Source of the DNA: Nitrososphaera viennensis EN76
GTDB taxonomy: Archaea; Thermoproteota; Nitrososphaeria; Nitrososphaerales; Nitrososphaeraceae
Direction: 5' to 3'
Length of the DNA stretch: 32,000 nt
Assembly: GCF_000698785.1 (NCBI RefSeq)
Contig: NZ_CP007536.1
Location: forward strand, 1,650,001 to 1,682,000
Below, piece by piece: positions 16,932-25,190 of the stretch. The translations under genes and the position numbers were made by a program. Within the stretch, counting starts at the first letter, position 1; each line of letters opens with the position of its first letter. The notes under the pieces are model-generated. The model worked only from the letters and a program-made list of their open reading frames with translations, searched no databases and was not told the DNA's origin.

Positions 16932-17189
16932 GTGTTCTCTCTTCCAGAGCCTTCAGAAACTCGTTTAATTTGTGAATTGTACATGCAATGCTATATGAGT
17001 GAAGATAGGGAAAAGAGGGACGAGCAAGTGCCTCATGTAGAAAAAGATGTAAAAGTGAAGAGCCAAGAACCACTAGAACGCCCAAGATTTGAATGCGTAG
17101 AATGTAACAAGATGTTTCCGAGTCCGCTTGATCTAGAAGAACACAAAAAGCAGGATCATGCTGCCAAGAATACCTCTGCAGTTGCATAG
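16932..17189 (+). CDS. small protein with one classical C2H2 zinc finger (likely start at internal Met 16983 or 16995)
   Basis: FECVECNKMFPSPLDLEEHKKQDH has C-x2-C-x12-H-x4-H spacing with F...L hydrophobic positions. The antisense ORF 16834..17220 looks non-protein-like. Confidence 0.6.
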   Translation: MFSLPEPSETRLICELYMQCYMSEDREKRDEQVPHVEKDVKVKSQEPLERPRFECVECNKMFPSPLDLEEHKKQDHAAKNTSAVA

Positions 17190-17336
17190 ATTCTCCTAGC
17201 TCTTCTCTGTTTGTTCTCATAGCATCATTGCGCAGATACTAGAACAATCTTCTGCTAGATGGTATGAAAGCGCAAGCTCGAACAAGTCAGGATGATTTTA
17301 ATGTCGTGGGTCCTTATCGCCATGTTCTTTAACAAT

Positions 17337-17699
17337 CTACAAATGCGTCTTTGCGAGGTCTAGAACATCCTTTGCCAATTCTTCAATCTCTTCAAATTTC
17401 AGGAAGGTCACCGCCATCACAGAATCATCCTTGAATGGAAAAAGCATCGAATTAATGTCTTCATGTACAATCACCAGAAATTTAGATTTCCCGACTATGC
17501 CTTCGTTTGTCTTGAGCATGCTTGTCATCAATGTGGATTGTAGAACCATTCGCTTCATGTCTTTGTCTTTTGGAAGAGGTATTCTGCTGTCCTGCTTATA
17601 GTAGTAATCTACAATTTCGGCGTTAGTTGCAATACCACAGAATATGATATCTTCCCTCAAGTCTGCAATTTTGGTCAGCAAAGTCTTTCTTACATGCAT
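17337..17699 (-). CDS. hypothetical 120-aa protein (possibly Roadblock/LC7-like alpha/beta fold; weak)
   Basis: The ORF-track ORF is last in a same-strand run of three small genes. The alternating beta/alpha pattern is only suggestive. Confidence 0.5.
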   Translation of the reverse strand: MHVRKTLLTKIADLREDIIFCGIATNAEIVDYYYKQDSRIPLPKDKDMKRMVLQSTLMTSMLKTNEGIVGKSKFLVIVHEDINSMLFPFKDDSVMAVTFLKFEEIEELAKDVLDLAKTHL

Positions 17700-17839
17700 T
17701 ACCTATATTCCCACAGTGATTATCATCTTGATAATAAGTAAATGGAGTCGTAACTAATATTACTTCTTCCGGAAGAAACCTTAAAGCAGACTTTGACAGA
17801 CGAAAAGCACGAAAATCCGGCTGATTTGCTTCTTCAATC

Positions 17840-18088
17840 TTATCTATTATTGCCGGCTTTATCCTGTGTTACGTAGGGCTCTTTCACAATTTCATTTATC
17901 AGAAGAATGCCTGCATCCTGAAATAGGCTTTCAAGCGATCCTTGAAGTCTGTTGATATCTACTTTGTCATCTTTTACAACGCCATTACTTTCGAGCATTC
18001 TGACTATGCTATCTGCAGTGATTGTGCCAAGGAGCTTTGCAAGCCGACGCTGAAATTCCTTTAGGGGCATGCTACGCATGTCGGCCAT
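17840..18088 (-). CDS. hypothetical 82-aa protein
   Basis: ORF-track ORF. Its ATG lies 1 nt after the stop of the hand-found upstream 56-aa ORF. Confidence 0.55.
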   Translation of the reverse strand: MADMRSMPLKEFQRRLAKLLGTITADSIVRMLESNGVVKDDKVDINRLQGSLESLFQDAGILLINEIVKEPYVTQDKAGNNR

Positions 18089-18089
18089 T

Positions 18090-18260
18090 TCATTTCACTT
18101 CCTTTTCATTGTCTTCATACATGGTCCGGACGTACAGAATTCCTTTCAGCAACTCTCTGGCCTGATTTGCATCAAGCCTTTCAACAAACTTTTGGTCGGC
18201 ACCTAATTCCATCAGCTTGGCATAATCCTGAAGGACCGCTCTAAGGTCAGGATTTTTCAT
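18090..18260 (-). CDS. hypothetical 56-aa helical protein (below ORF-track cutoff)
   Basis: Hand translation: MKNPDLRAVLQDYAKLMELGADQKFVERLDANQARELLKGILYVRTMYEDNEKEVK*. The stop at 18090-18092 abuts the ATG at 18088 of the next gene. Confidence 0.4.
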   Translation of the reverse strand: MKNPDLRAVLQDYAKLMELGADQKFVERLDANQARELLKGILYVRTMYEDNEKEVK

Positions 18261-18428
18261 AATTGTATATTGGTCAGCATAGATTTAAATCTATCTTTAA
18301 ATTAAGCTTTGCGGTCTTGAATGACTTTATAAAAAAGTCGCTGCTTCGAGATAGAAATTACAGGGAAATACGTCAATCACAGTAGATTTTTATGCGTCTG
18401 ATTCGGCACCTGTCTAGTGTAAGAAAAT

Positions 18429-18575
18429 TTGAGCGAGCATCAGACTAAACTTTTGTTATGTAACTCTTGCTACTGGTGTGCGTCAACAATCAAAGAATTG
18501 ATCAAGAACGAAGATTGCCCATCCTGTGGAATGACAGTTGAATCAATATCGGTCGGAATTACTGTACCTATATGA
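18429..18575 (+). CDS. candidate 48-aa zinc-ribbon mini-protein (TTG start only)
   Basis: Hand translation: (L/M)SEHQTKLLLCNSCYWCASTIKELIKNEDCPSCGMTVESISVGITVPI*, with CxxC...CxxC. The frame opens 2 codons after a TAA and has no ATG. Confidence 0.25.
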   Translation: MSEHQTKLLLCNSCYWCASTIKELIKNEDCPSCGMTVESISVGITVPI

Positions 18576-18717
18576 TAAAGCCCGGTACTTTCTAGATAAT
18601 CCAAATCCAATGCGGCAGCATCGGTAATGGTATGCCATCAACTAGCATATAGGAAGGAAAATTGATGGTTAGTATTATTGCCTTCCATCTACAATCCTTT
18701 ACGGGAAATGTTGCAGG

Positions 18718-21219
18718 TCAGAGCTCCAGTATTCCTTCCTCAGCTTCCGTTCTTTTTGATCTCTGCTTCCACGTAAATGCTACTGAAGCAGCGACAATAT
18801 AGGCGGCTATTCCAAGGAGCATTGCATAGGAACCTCCGTAAGCGATGCTGAAAAGCACCGCAAGGACGGAACCCAGGACGGAAAACCCTCCGTTTATCGC
18901 CCACATCCACGGAACAAAGGACGGGGCATGAGACTTGAGCACCCTCATCCCAGTAGGCATGGGCATCCCCATCAAAAAGCCGATGGGAAACAAGATCCCG
19001 ATGCTGACAGCCGCCTTTACTGCAAATTGCTCTGACACTATCGAATAGATCAGGGGCGACAACGACGCCAGATAGGCCACTCCAAACGAGGCAATTCCTG
19101 CAATAACCATTGCAAGCCTTTTTGCGCTCGTTCCCCTAGTAAGCCTGGAGCTGACCAGGCTGCCAAACCCGCTTGATATGAGCAGAGTGAACAAGAGCAA
19201 GGCAAACGTCATTGTGGGGTTTCCAAGCAAAAGCACAAGCTTTTGCAGGAGGGCAAGCTCGATCAGGATGAATCCCGTGCCTATTGCAGCAAAGTAGAGC
19301 GCTATGCTGCCGGTGCGCAGGATGCCGCTGCTACCGTTATTGTTGTTACTTTTAACAAAAGCATTACTACTACGCCTGTTTGTCATTCTCAGCCACACGT
19401 ACGGCCCGACCATAAAGACCGCAGCAATCCCAAGGCTCACGTACAGCAGCACTTCCAGTACCTTTGGAAACGGCTTTTCGTATGACAAAAAGTAGGGGCT
19501 GTCGTCTGTCACCGCATACGCCTTTGTCGGAAACATGTCATAGTACTGCTGGAGCGTGATCTGCCCGTTCAGGAGCGACGAATGCGGCTCCAGCGCCACC
19601 TTGCCTGGCACCAGGATCGGGTGGTAGCCTTCCTTCACAAAGAAATCGTACAGGTACTGGATTTCTTGCTCGGTAAAGGGCGCCTTTGACATTATCGCCA
19701 TTGTCCCGCTCGGGTCCTTTTTGGCCGACTGCGCGCTGACTATCATGATGTGCTTGTACGCCTCCTCCTGCGGGACGCCGTTTCTCTCCAGCGTTGTCAG
19801 GAACGTGGAAACAAACCGGGGAGAGTCGATCAGCCACCTTACTGCGATCACCTTGCCCCTGTCCTTCAGGTGGTCATAGTACTCCTGAAAAGCCTCCTGT
19901 GTGTAGAGGAAATTCTCTGACACTCCCAGCCCGCCCGACGACACAGAGGCCCACGTGTCGACAAACGGGATGTAGACGATGTCGTATTTCTCTGTGGAGC
20001 GGGAGACAAAGCTCCTCCCCTCGTCGACGTTTGCGTTCACGTACGGGTGCGTGTACACGTTGCCGGCCCTGTCGCCGTACTCTTTGACCGTGTTGAATAT
20101 TATCGGGTTTATCTCTACGGACGTCACGTCCTTGCTCCCGCTTGCAAGGGCCGCGACCACGTCCCTGCCTCCCCCGGAGCCTATCACCAGCACCTTTGGG
20201 TCCTGCATCATAGTGAAGGGCTTGTACTGCATCCAGTTTGACATGTCCTTCCTGCTTTCGGGATTTCCGTCCCACGAGACTATGTTGGTGCCGGCGCCGC
20301 CGTCGATAAAGACCTTGGCAACCAGCCCCTCATAGGCGCACTTGCTGGACTGCTGGCCTGCATTGTTGTTGGGGTCCGAGAAAGTGTTGTCGCAGTTTGT
20401 GAGGGGCCCTTCCACGACGTCTATCCTGGAAAACGAGTTCCATTCCGTCTTGACAATCGAGGCTCGCGGGTTTTCCTTCAGAAAAAGGGGAAGGTCCTTT
20501 TGCGCATTTGGATCTGTAGGGATGGAGAACAGCCTGCCTTCGCCCCCTCCTCCTACCACGACGACCTGGTCGAGGACAATGAGGGAGGCTGCAAACGCGA
20601 CAAACGCAAGGCTGATGGCGATTTTCTTTCTGTCTCTTGCAGATATGGAAAAGACCACCGCGCTTGCCGCAGAGACAAGGCCGACCATCAGGACCGTCCC
20701 CTCCCCTCCAAGGACAGTCAGCGCCAGCACGACCAGCAGCGCGCCGGCCGACGCTCCCACAAGGTCTGACGCGTAGAGCCTCCCTGCAGTGCGGGCAAAG
20801 GCGTTGAATGCGGCAGAAATTGTTATCCCGATAAAGAAGAAAGGTATCGAGAAAAGCCCCATGTACAGGGGCAAATAGTCCACGTGCGAGGAAAGAGAGT
20901 GCATGACAAAAAGCGACAGCGGGATGGCCAGGGTGACACCTAGGGCGGCTGCAATTGTCATGTTTCCAGCCCAGTTTTCGCTTATCTTTCTGAGGCGGTA
21001 ATGCACGACAAGGCCAGACGCCCCGAGCCCGACCAGGGCAACGGATACGGCGACAAAGGCAAAGTGATACCAGATGGCAGCCGAGAAGATCCTCGTGATT
21101 GCTACTTCGAGTACGAGGCCTGAAAACGAGCTTAGAAAGATTCCCAGAAATACCAGCCGCCGGCTTACCGAAGTTGGAGCAAGGCCCTTCTGGCTGTTAT
21201 TATTACTGTGAAAAGACAC
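18718..21219 (-). CDS. polytopic membrane protein with embedded spermidine-synthase-like (class I SAM-fold) domain
   Basis: 833 aa. N-terminal block of ~7 TM helices, then a central soluble domain with VLVIGSGGGRDVVAALASGSKDVTSVEINP and DIVYIPFVDTW (PABS-like), then a C-terminal block of ~7 TM helices. Confidence 0.8.
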   Translation of the reverse strand: MSFHSNNNSQKGLAPTSVSRRLVFLGIFLSSFSGLVLEVAITRIFSAAIWYHFAFVAVSVALVGLGASGLVVHYRLRKISENWAGNMTIAAALGVTLAIPLSLFVMHSLSSHVDYLPLYMGLFSIPFFFIGITISAAFNAFARTAGRLYASDLVGASAGALLVVLALTVLGGEGTVLMVGLVSAASAVVFSISARDRKKIAISLAFVAFAASLIVLDQVVVVGGGGEGRLFSIPTDPNAQKDLPLFLKENPRASIVKTEWNSFSRIDVVEGPLTNCDNTFSDPNNNAGQQSSKCAYEGLVAKVFIDGGAGTNIVSWDGNPESRKDMSNWMQYKPFTMMQDPKVLVIGSGGGRDVVAALASGSKDVTSVEINPIIFNTVKEYGDRAGNVYTHPYVNANVDEGRSFVSRSTEKYDIVYIPFVDTWASVSSGGLGVSENFLYTQEAFQEYYDHLKDRGKVIAVRWLIDSPRFVSTFLTTLERNGVPQEEAYKHIMIVSAQSAKKDPSGTMAIMSKAPFTEQEIQYLYDFFVKEGYHPILVPGKVALEPHSSLLNGQITLQQYYDMFPTKAYAVTDDSPYFLSYEKPFPKVLEVLLYVSLGIAAVFMVGPYVWLRMTNRRSSNAFVKSNNNNGSSGILRTGSIALYFAAIGTGFILIELALLQKLVLLLGNPTMTFALLLFTLLISSGFGSLVSSRLTRGTSAKRLAMVIAGIASFGVAYLASLSPLIYSIVSEQFAVKAAVSIGILFPIGFLMGMPMPTGMRVLKSHAPSFVPWMWAINGGFSVLGSVLAVLFSIAYGGSYAMLLGIAAYIVAASVAFTWKQRSKRTEAEEGILEL

Positions 21220-21416
21220 GACTCTGGACTAGAGCGGCGTTACATATTACCTTAGTGTTCGCAAATAGAGCCATGCTGCACAACTGATTTGAACTTTTCA
21301 TCATATAAAATGCTCAGACACTGTCAACTTATCGCTGGATCTAGTTTTGTCTTATGACAACTTGCCCATCCGACGAATTCTTATGCAGCGTGCAGCGTCT
21401 CAGGCCTGCCTGCCTT

Positions 21417-21701
21417 TTAATCCGATGGAGGCCCCAGATGGTCTGCATCTAACCCTGTCTTTCCCTTCTGCTGTCCGGGAATAAACGACATCGTCAAGGT
21501 GGACTTGATGCCGTCTATCCTCCTGACCTTGTCCAGTGTCCTCAGTATCATGCCATCCGTGGGAAACTCTATTCTGACGATTATGTCAAAACCTCCATAG
21601 ACGCCCTCGACATGAACGACGCCGGGGAGCTGCGACAGCTCGTCTATTACCTGCTTCTCAACTCCCGGGCGTATATTGATCAGTATGTAAGCTCCTGGCA
21701 C
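21417..21701 (-). CDS. stand-alone Lrp/AsnC-type ligand-binding (RAM) domain protein
   Basis: AYILINIRPGVEKQVIDELSQLPGVVHVEGVYGGFDIIVRIEF...LDKVRRIDGIKSTLTM is a typical RAM domain. Paralog of 2474..2728. Confidence 0.7.
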   Translation of the reverse strand: MPGAYILINIRPGVEKQVIDELSQLPGVVHVEGVYGGFDIIVRIEFPTDGMILRTLDKVRRIDGIKSTLTMSFIPGQQKGKTGLDADHLGPPSD

Positions 21702-22007
21702 CGATTAGACTACTTTAATCGAATATTAAACTATGCACGGAGGGGAGAAAAGAGAGAGAAAGCATCAGATCTTTTTGGTTGCTTGCGTACGATAATCCTG
21801 CTTTTGAATAACCAGCGAATTGGCAGCCTTGGCGCCAAATTCATCCTTCTCTTTCTTTTCCTCCTGATAGACAGTTGAGAAAAACTTGGAGACACGTGGT
21901 AGTAAGCGTAATAGCTTCTTGGAGGTTCTACTAGTAATTTTCCTGCTAGTCTTGATACCTGCGTTTTTTCCTCAAATCTTAAGAATCACTGATATACAAA
22001 ATGCATA

Positions 22008-22634
22008 ATGTCAAGCATAACAGGAAAAAATAGGAAATTGCTGATTCCATACCTGTTGGTTGCGGGCTTTGCGATTGCATCTTTGGCAATGGTAGCCCCA
22101 CTTGCGTCTGCGCAAACCACAGGCAACGAGACGGCAACAACCGGTAATGTAACTGTGCCACCGGGAGGTAATGTAACTGTGCCACCGGGAGGTAATGTAA
22201 CTGTGCCACCGGGAGGTAATGTAACTGTGCCACCGGGAGGTAATGTAACTGTGCTGCCAGGAAATGCAACCCTTACTCTGACGCCGTCCTCCATCAATGC
22301 GGGGGAAAAGCTGACCATCACCGGCTCGGGCTATGGTAACACTCAAAACGCGACGCTGATGATTGACAGCGATACTCTGGATCCAGATGTACCCATACAG
22401 ACGGATGCCAATGGCACATTTACTGCCAATGCGACCATTCCTGCTGAAATAACAAGCGGCAGCCATACTATCAGTGCAACGGATGCCACAGGCATTAAAG
22501 GTTCAGCGACGCTCATGGTAAATGAAGCGGCAGCCGCTCCATCAGGCAATGCAACATTAACCGCGCCGCCGCCTCCTTCAGGCAACGCAACCGCGCCAAC
22601 TGGAAACGCAACCGCACAAGAACCAACACCGTGA
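22008..22634 (+). CDS. secreted/surface repeat protein with N-glycosylation sequon array and Ig-like domain
   Basis: Signal-peptide-like N-terminus (LLIPYLLVAGFAIASLAMVAPLASA|Q). GNVTVPPG repeated. A beta-rich TLTLTPSSINAGEKLTITGSGYG...SGSHTISATDATG domain. About 15 N-x-T/S sequons in total. No C-terminal anchor found. Confidence 0.8.
   Translation: MSSITGKNRKLLIPYLLVAGFAIASLAMVAPLASAQTTGNETATTGNVTVPPGGNVTVPPGGNVTVPPGGNVTVPPGGNVTVLPGNATLTLTPSSINAGEKLTITGSGYGNTQNATLMIDSDTLDPDVPIQTDANGTFTANATIPAEITSGSHTISATDATGIKGSATLMVNEAAAAPSGNATLTAPPPPSGNATAPTGNATAQEPTP
22143..22262 (+). repeat. 24-bp tandem repeat, 4 perfect units plus 1 degenerate unit
   Basis: ggtaatgtaactgtgccaccggga at 22143, 22167, 22191 and 22215 (identical). 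The unit at 22239 has 3 mismatches. It is in frame and encodes GNVTVPPG. Confidence 0.95.
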
Positions 22635-23034
22635 GGTGCTGCTGCTACGACATACACAGCCCCTTCATAGGGGGCAGTAAGCCTTTTTCTTTGTCTATCA
22701 GACATAGGTTCTTTTGCCGTTGCGGGAGATCAGGACAAATTCCCAAACAAGATGGTTTACAAGAATCGCGACGTCGTTCATATGCCAGAAGGCAAAAGCA
22801 AGCAGAGAAACAGGATTCCAGGGGGCCAGGACAGGTCGGAACAGATGTTGATTAGACGGAATGACTGACCGGCCTGCGCCTGACCCTGTCACGATCCTTC
22901 AAGATAGGGGGCTGCGAGATTATGCTTGAATTCCTTCAAATTTGTCGGCTAAAAGGTTATGGTGTACAAATGAAAAACTCCATTGCATTGTACACACGTC
23001 TCTTTTATCCAGAGAAAGTCGGTGTTTTCGTAAT

Positions 23035-23214
23035 ATGTTAAGACCTTTCAAAACGAGGCGTGTGCAGCTTGACAAATACAGGTTAGGCACGCTTTGCGGG
23101 CAGTGCTCAGAGACAGCGACAAAAGAAGTGTTCTTTCAGCTAGATCAATGTCTGGTGGTTCAAAAGTACTGTGACAGGTGCTTACCACAAGCAGGCTACG
23201 AAGTTCCCACATGA
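23035..23214 (+). CDS. Cys-knuckle mini-protein, family member 2 of 3 (59 aa from the internal Met of ORF 22942..23214)
   Basis: MLRPFKTRRVQLDKYRLGTLCGQCSETATKEVFFQLDQCLVVQKYCDRCLPQAGYEVPT. It is collinear with the other two copies, and homology begins exactly at this Met. Confidence 0.65.
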   Translation: MLRPFKTRRVQLDKYRLGTLCGQCSETATKEVFFQLDQCLVVQKYCDRCLPQAGYEVPT

Positions 23215-23241
23215 AGAAGAAGATGCTGGTTCTTCTTCTTC
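23213..23241 (+). terminator. 11-bp perfect stem-loop overlapping the stop codon of 23035..23214
   Basis: gaagaagaaga / tgctggt / tcttcttcttc. The left arm starts within the TGA (23212-23214). Confidence 0.4.
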
Positions 23242-23434
23242 GCATGGTACGGCGGCAATAACTAACTTCGCAGCTTCCTTGTCTCTTGTTATCCTTCTTT
23301 GGCCATCGCATGACCGTCGCCTTGAATAGCAGTGCAACTCAAAAGAGAAAAGACTGAAACGAAAACAATTCGAGACGATAGAAAGAGGTAATAATTGCAG
23401 CGCAGAATAATTGTTGAGATGAAAACGTCATTAG

Positions 23435-23758
23435 ATGAGTTTGTCGCCAAGTGAAGCTATAAAACAAGAGTTGCTAGGTTGGGAGGGAGTTACGATGCAT
23501 GACCATGATTTTGCAACCACCAGATTTTATGTAAACGGCATAGAGATGGGCCACATACATGGCGACGAAATAGCCGATCTGCAGTTGCCAGCCAAGATCA
23601 GCAAGAGGCTTGTATCCGAGGGAAAGGTGCTGCCGCACCATGTCATTCCAAAGTCTGGATGGGTGAGCCATGAAATCAAAAAACCCGAAGATGTGAAAGT
23701 AGTGATAGATCTCTTTTACTTGCAGCATCAGCGCCTAATAAAGAAGAAGAATAAATAA
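23435..23758 (+). CDS. small 'luciferase-like domain' family protein (unknown function)
   Basis: GHIHGDEIADLQLPAKISKRLVSEGKVLPHHVIPKSGWVSHEIKKPEDVKVVIDLF matches the G-H-x-H-G-D...PHH..P.SGWV...edv pattern I recall for this small family (memory, not a search). Confidence 0.6.
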   Translation: MSLSPSEAIKQELLGWEGVTMHDHDFATTRFYVNGIEMGHIHGDEIADLQLPAKISKRLVSEGKVLPHHVIPKSGWVSHEIKKPEDVKVVIDLFYLQHQRLIKKKNK

Positions 23759-24079
23759 AACAAAAAGCATTACCAGATCTCTCTTTTTGCTTCCTGACCT
23801 TCCGACTTTTAAGTCCGGGCGAAAGAGCCGATCCAATGTGGATATCCAAATGAGTTCTCTTGCATTAGAGGAGGCCCTAGGTACGAGGAAAGGAAACGTT
23901 CTACTGCTATTCGCAAGAGGTCCATTTTTTCGGTTCCAAGTGTCTCAAAGGCCAGACTCCACCACCGCTTGTCCATTACTTCCAAGCTTGGGTTATGTGC
24001 TTGTGTGTGTTTACTATGACATCTATATCCAGACCTTGAACGTCTGTTCTCAACAGGACATCGATAGATCTTTCTTATT

Positions 24080-24532
24080 ATGGTCAAGACGATCGTATCC
24101 TTTATGGTCAAAGACGGGTTAGCGGGTGAAACCTCAGATCAAATAAATTCACATCTGGCAGTTGCACGGGAGATCTACAACCAAGCACAACAACATCAGC
24201 ATCAAGATAGCGAGGCATACAAAAGCCGGCCCAGTATCGAACCAGTAGGACCTAAAACCAAGCACAGAGCTACAAGGAATAGGAGCAGGATGGATATTGC
24301 ATCTGCAATGCTAGAAGCAGCATATAGCGGAGCAATAAAGAGTAGAATAAAACGCAAGGTCCGCATATCCTTCACGCAGCTAACCGAGTACCTCGACTAT
24401 TTGCTAGAGAATGAAATGCTAGAATATGACCGAAAGACGCGGTTATATCGTGTCACGGAAAAGGGCCTGCGCTTTGCAAGGATGTATAAGGAAATAGGAG
24501 AAACAATCAATCCAAGGACGAGAGTGATATAA
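24080..24532 (+). CDS. winged-helix DNA-binding protein (HTH_45-like) with Gln/His-rich N-terminal extension
   Basis: The C-terminal 85 aa (NRSRMDIASAMLEAA...ISFTQLTEYLDYLLENEMLEYD...YRVTEKGLRF) are collinear with 1940..2221. Confidence 0.7.
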   Translation: MVKTIVSFMVKDGLAGETSDQINSHLAVAREIYNQAQQHQHQDSEAYKSRPSIEPVGPKTKHRATRNRSRMDIASAMLEAAYSGAIKSRIKRKVRISFTQLTEYLDYLLENEMLEYDRKTRLYRVTEKGLRFARMYKEIGETINPRTRVI

Positions 24533-24641
24533 TAAAAGATCGTCACCACAGAAATCTGCCTTTTTCGCAGGACAAATCTATTATTATCATTGAATTGATG
24601 GCAAAAGTGCAGAAATACGAGTTATGGGTAAATAAAACATA

Positions 24642-25076
24642 GTGGATGTTCCTGATGATGAAGATAAAACTGATCGGCTCCTGAGAGACTACAATGCAGT
24701 ACTTCGTGAAAGCACCCTCTTGACCACGTTTTCGGGCATCTTGTTTGGTTTTCTTTTGAACATCTCGGTAAACGTCCCCCAGGATTTTGACATTGTCGAC
24801 AGGATCTCCCTCTTGGTCGCGCTGTATTCGATAACCGTGGCCATATTCCTGTTCATAATGCCGGTGATTTATCATCACCTGCAGTACCCCTACAGGGACT
24901 TTGAAAAATTCAAGAAAAGGAGCCATAGGTTCATGCTATTTGGCGTAGTCCCTGCAATAGTTACGCTGTATTTCGGCCTTGAACTTGCGCTATCGTCAGT
25001 GATTGGAAACCTTGCGTTCCTTCTTGCGGCAATACCGTACGCACTGGTCTACTTCTTTTTCCGGAAAAGAAAGTGA
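24642..25076 (+). CDS. hypothetical 4-TM membrane protein
   Basis: GTG start. Acidic N-terminus followed by four hydrophobic helices. No confident family assignment. Confidence 0.6.
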   Translation: MDVPDDEDKTDRLLRDYNAVLRESTLLTTFSGILFGFLLNISVNVPQDFDIVDRISLLVALYSITVAIFLFIMPVIYHHLQYPYRDFEKFKKRSHRFMLFGVVPAIVTLYFGLELALSSVIGNLAFLLAAIPYALVYFFFRKRK

Positions 25077-25190
25077 ACCTGCACATGCGGCATTGCGTAT
25101 GCTATATTTCTGGTCGCGTCTTTTTCTTCCACATGCTCCTTAGCTGGTTGCAGGCAAAGTTTTGCTAGCTTCTTTGTACGCGTGTGTGTA

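Noticed and set aside
19243-20776. About ten ORFs of 63-144 aa in alternative frames or strands
   Set aside because: All are nested in the 833-aa membrane protein gene. They are Arg/Pro/Gly-rich shadows caused by high local GC.
22143-22262. Possible CRISPR array
   Set aside because: The repeats are directly tandem with no spacers, are in frame within a CDS, and are only 24 bp long.
21979-22466. Three overlapping minus-strand ORFs with internal amino-acid repeats (AQLHYLPV..., GGTVTLPP..., SRWHSYIT...)
   Set aside because: They are artefacts of the 24-bp tandem repeat read on the opposite strand. The plus-strand frame has a signal peptide and a folded domain.
22632-22700. Possible frameshifted C-terminal anchor (for example a PEFG-CTERM-type sorting signal) after the surface-protein stop
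   Set aside because: I translated all three frames downstream of the stop. None gives a PEFG-like motif or a hydrophobic helix.
23787-24122. Overlapping ORFs 23787..24122(+) and 23809..24111(-)
   Set aside because: Neither has recognisable motifs or convincing composition, and they mutually overlap. This is probably the intergenic or promoter region of the wHTH gene. A 55-aa minus-strand sub-ORF (MDKRWWSLAFETLG...) cannot be excluded.
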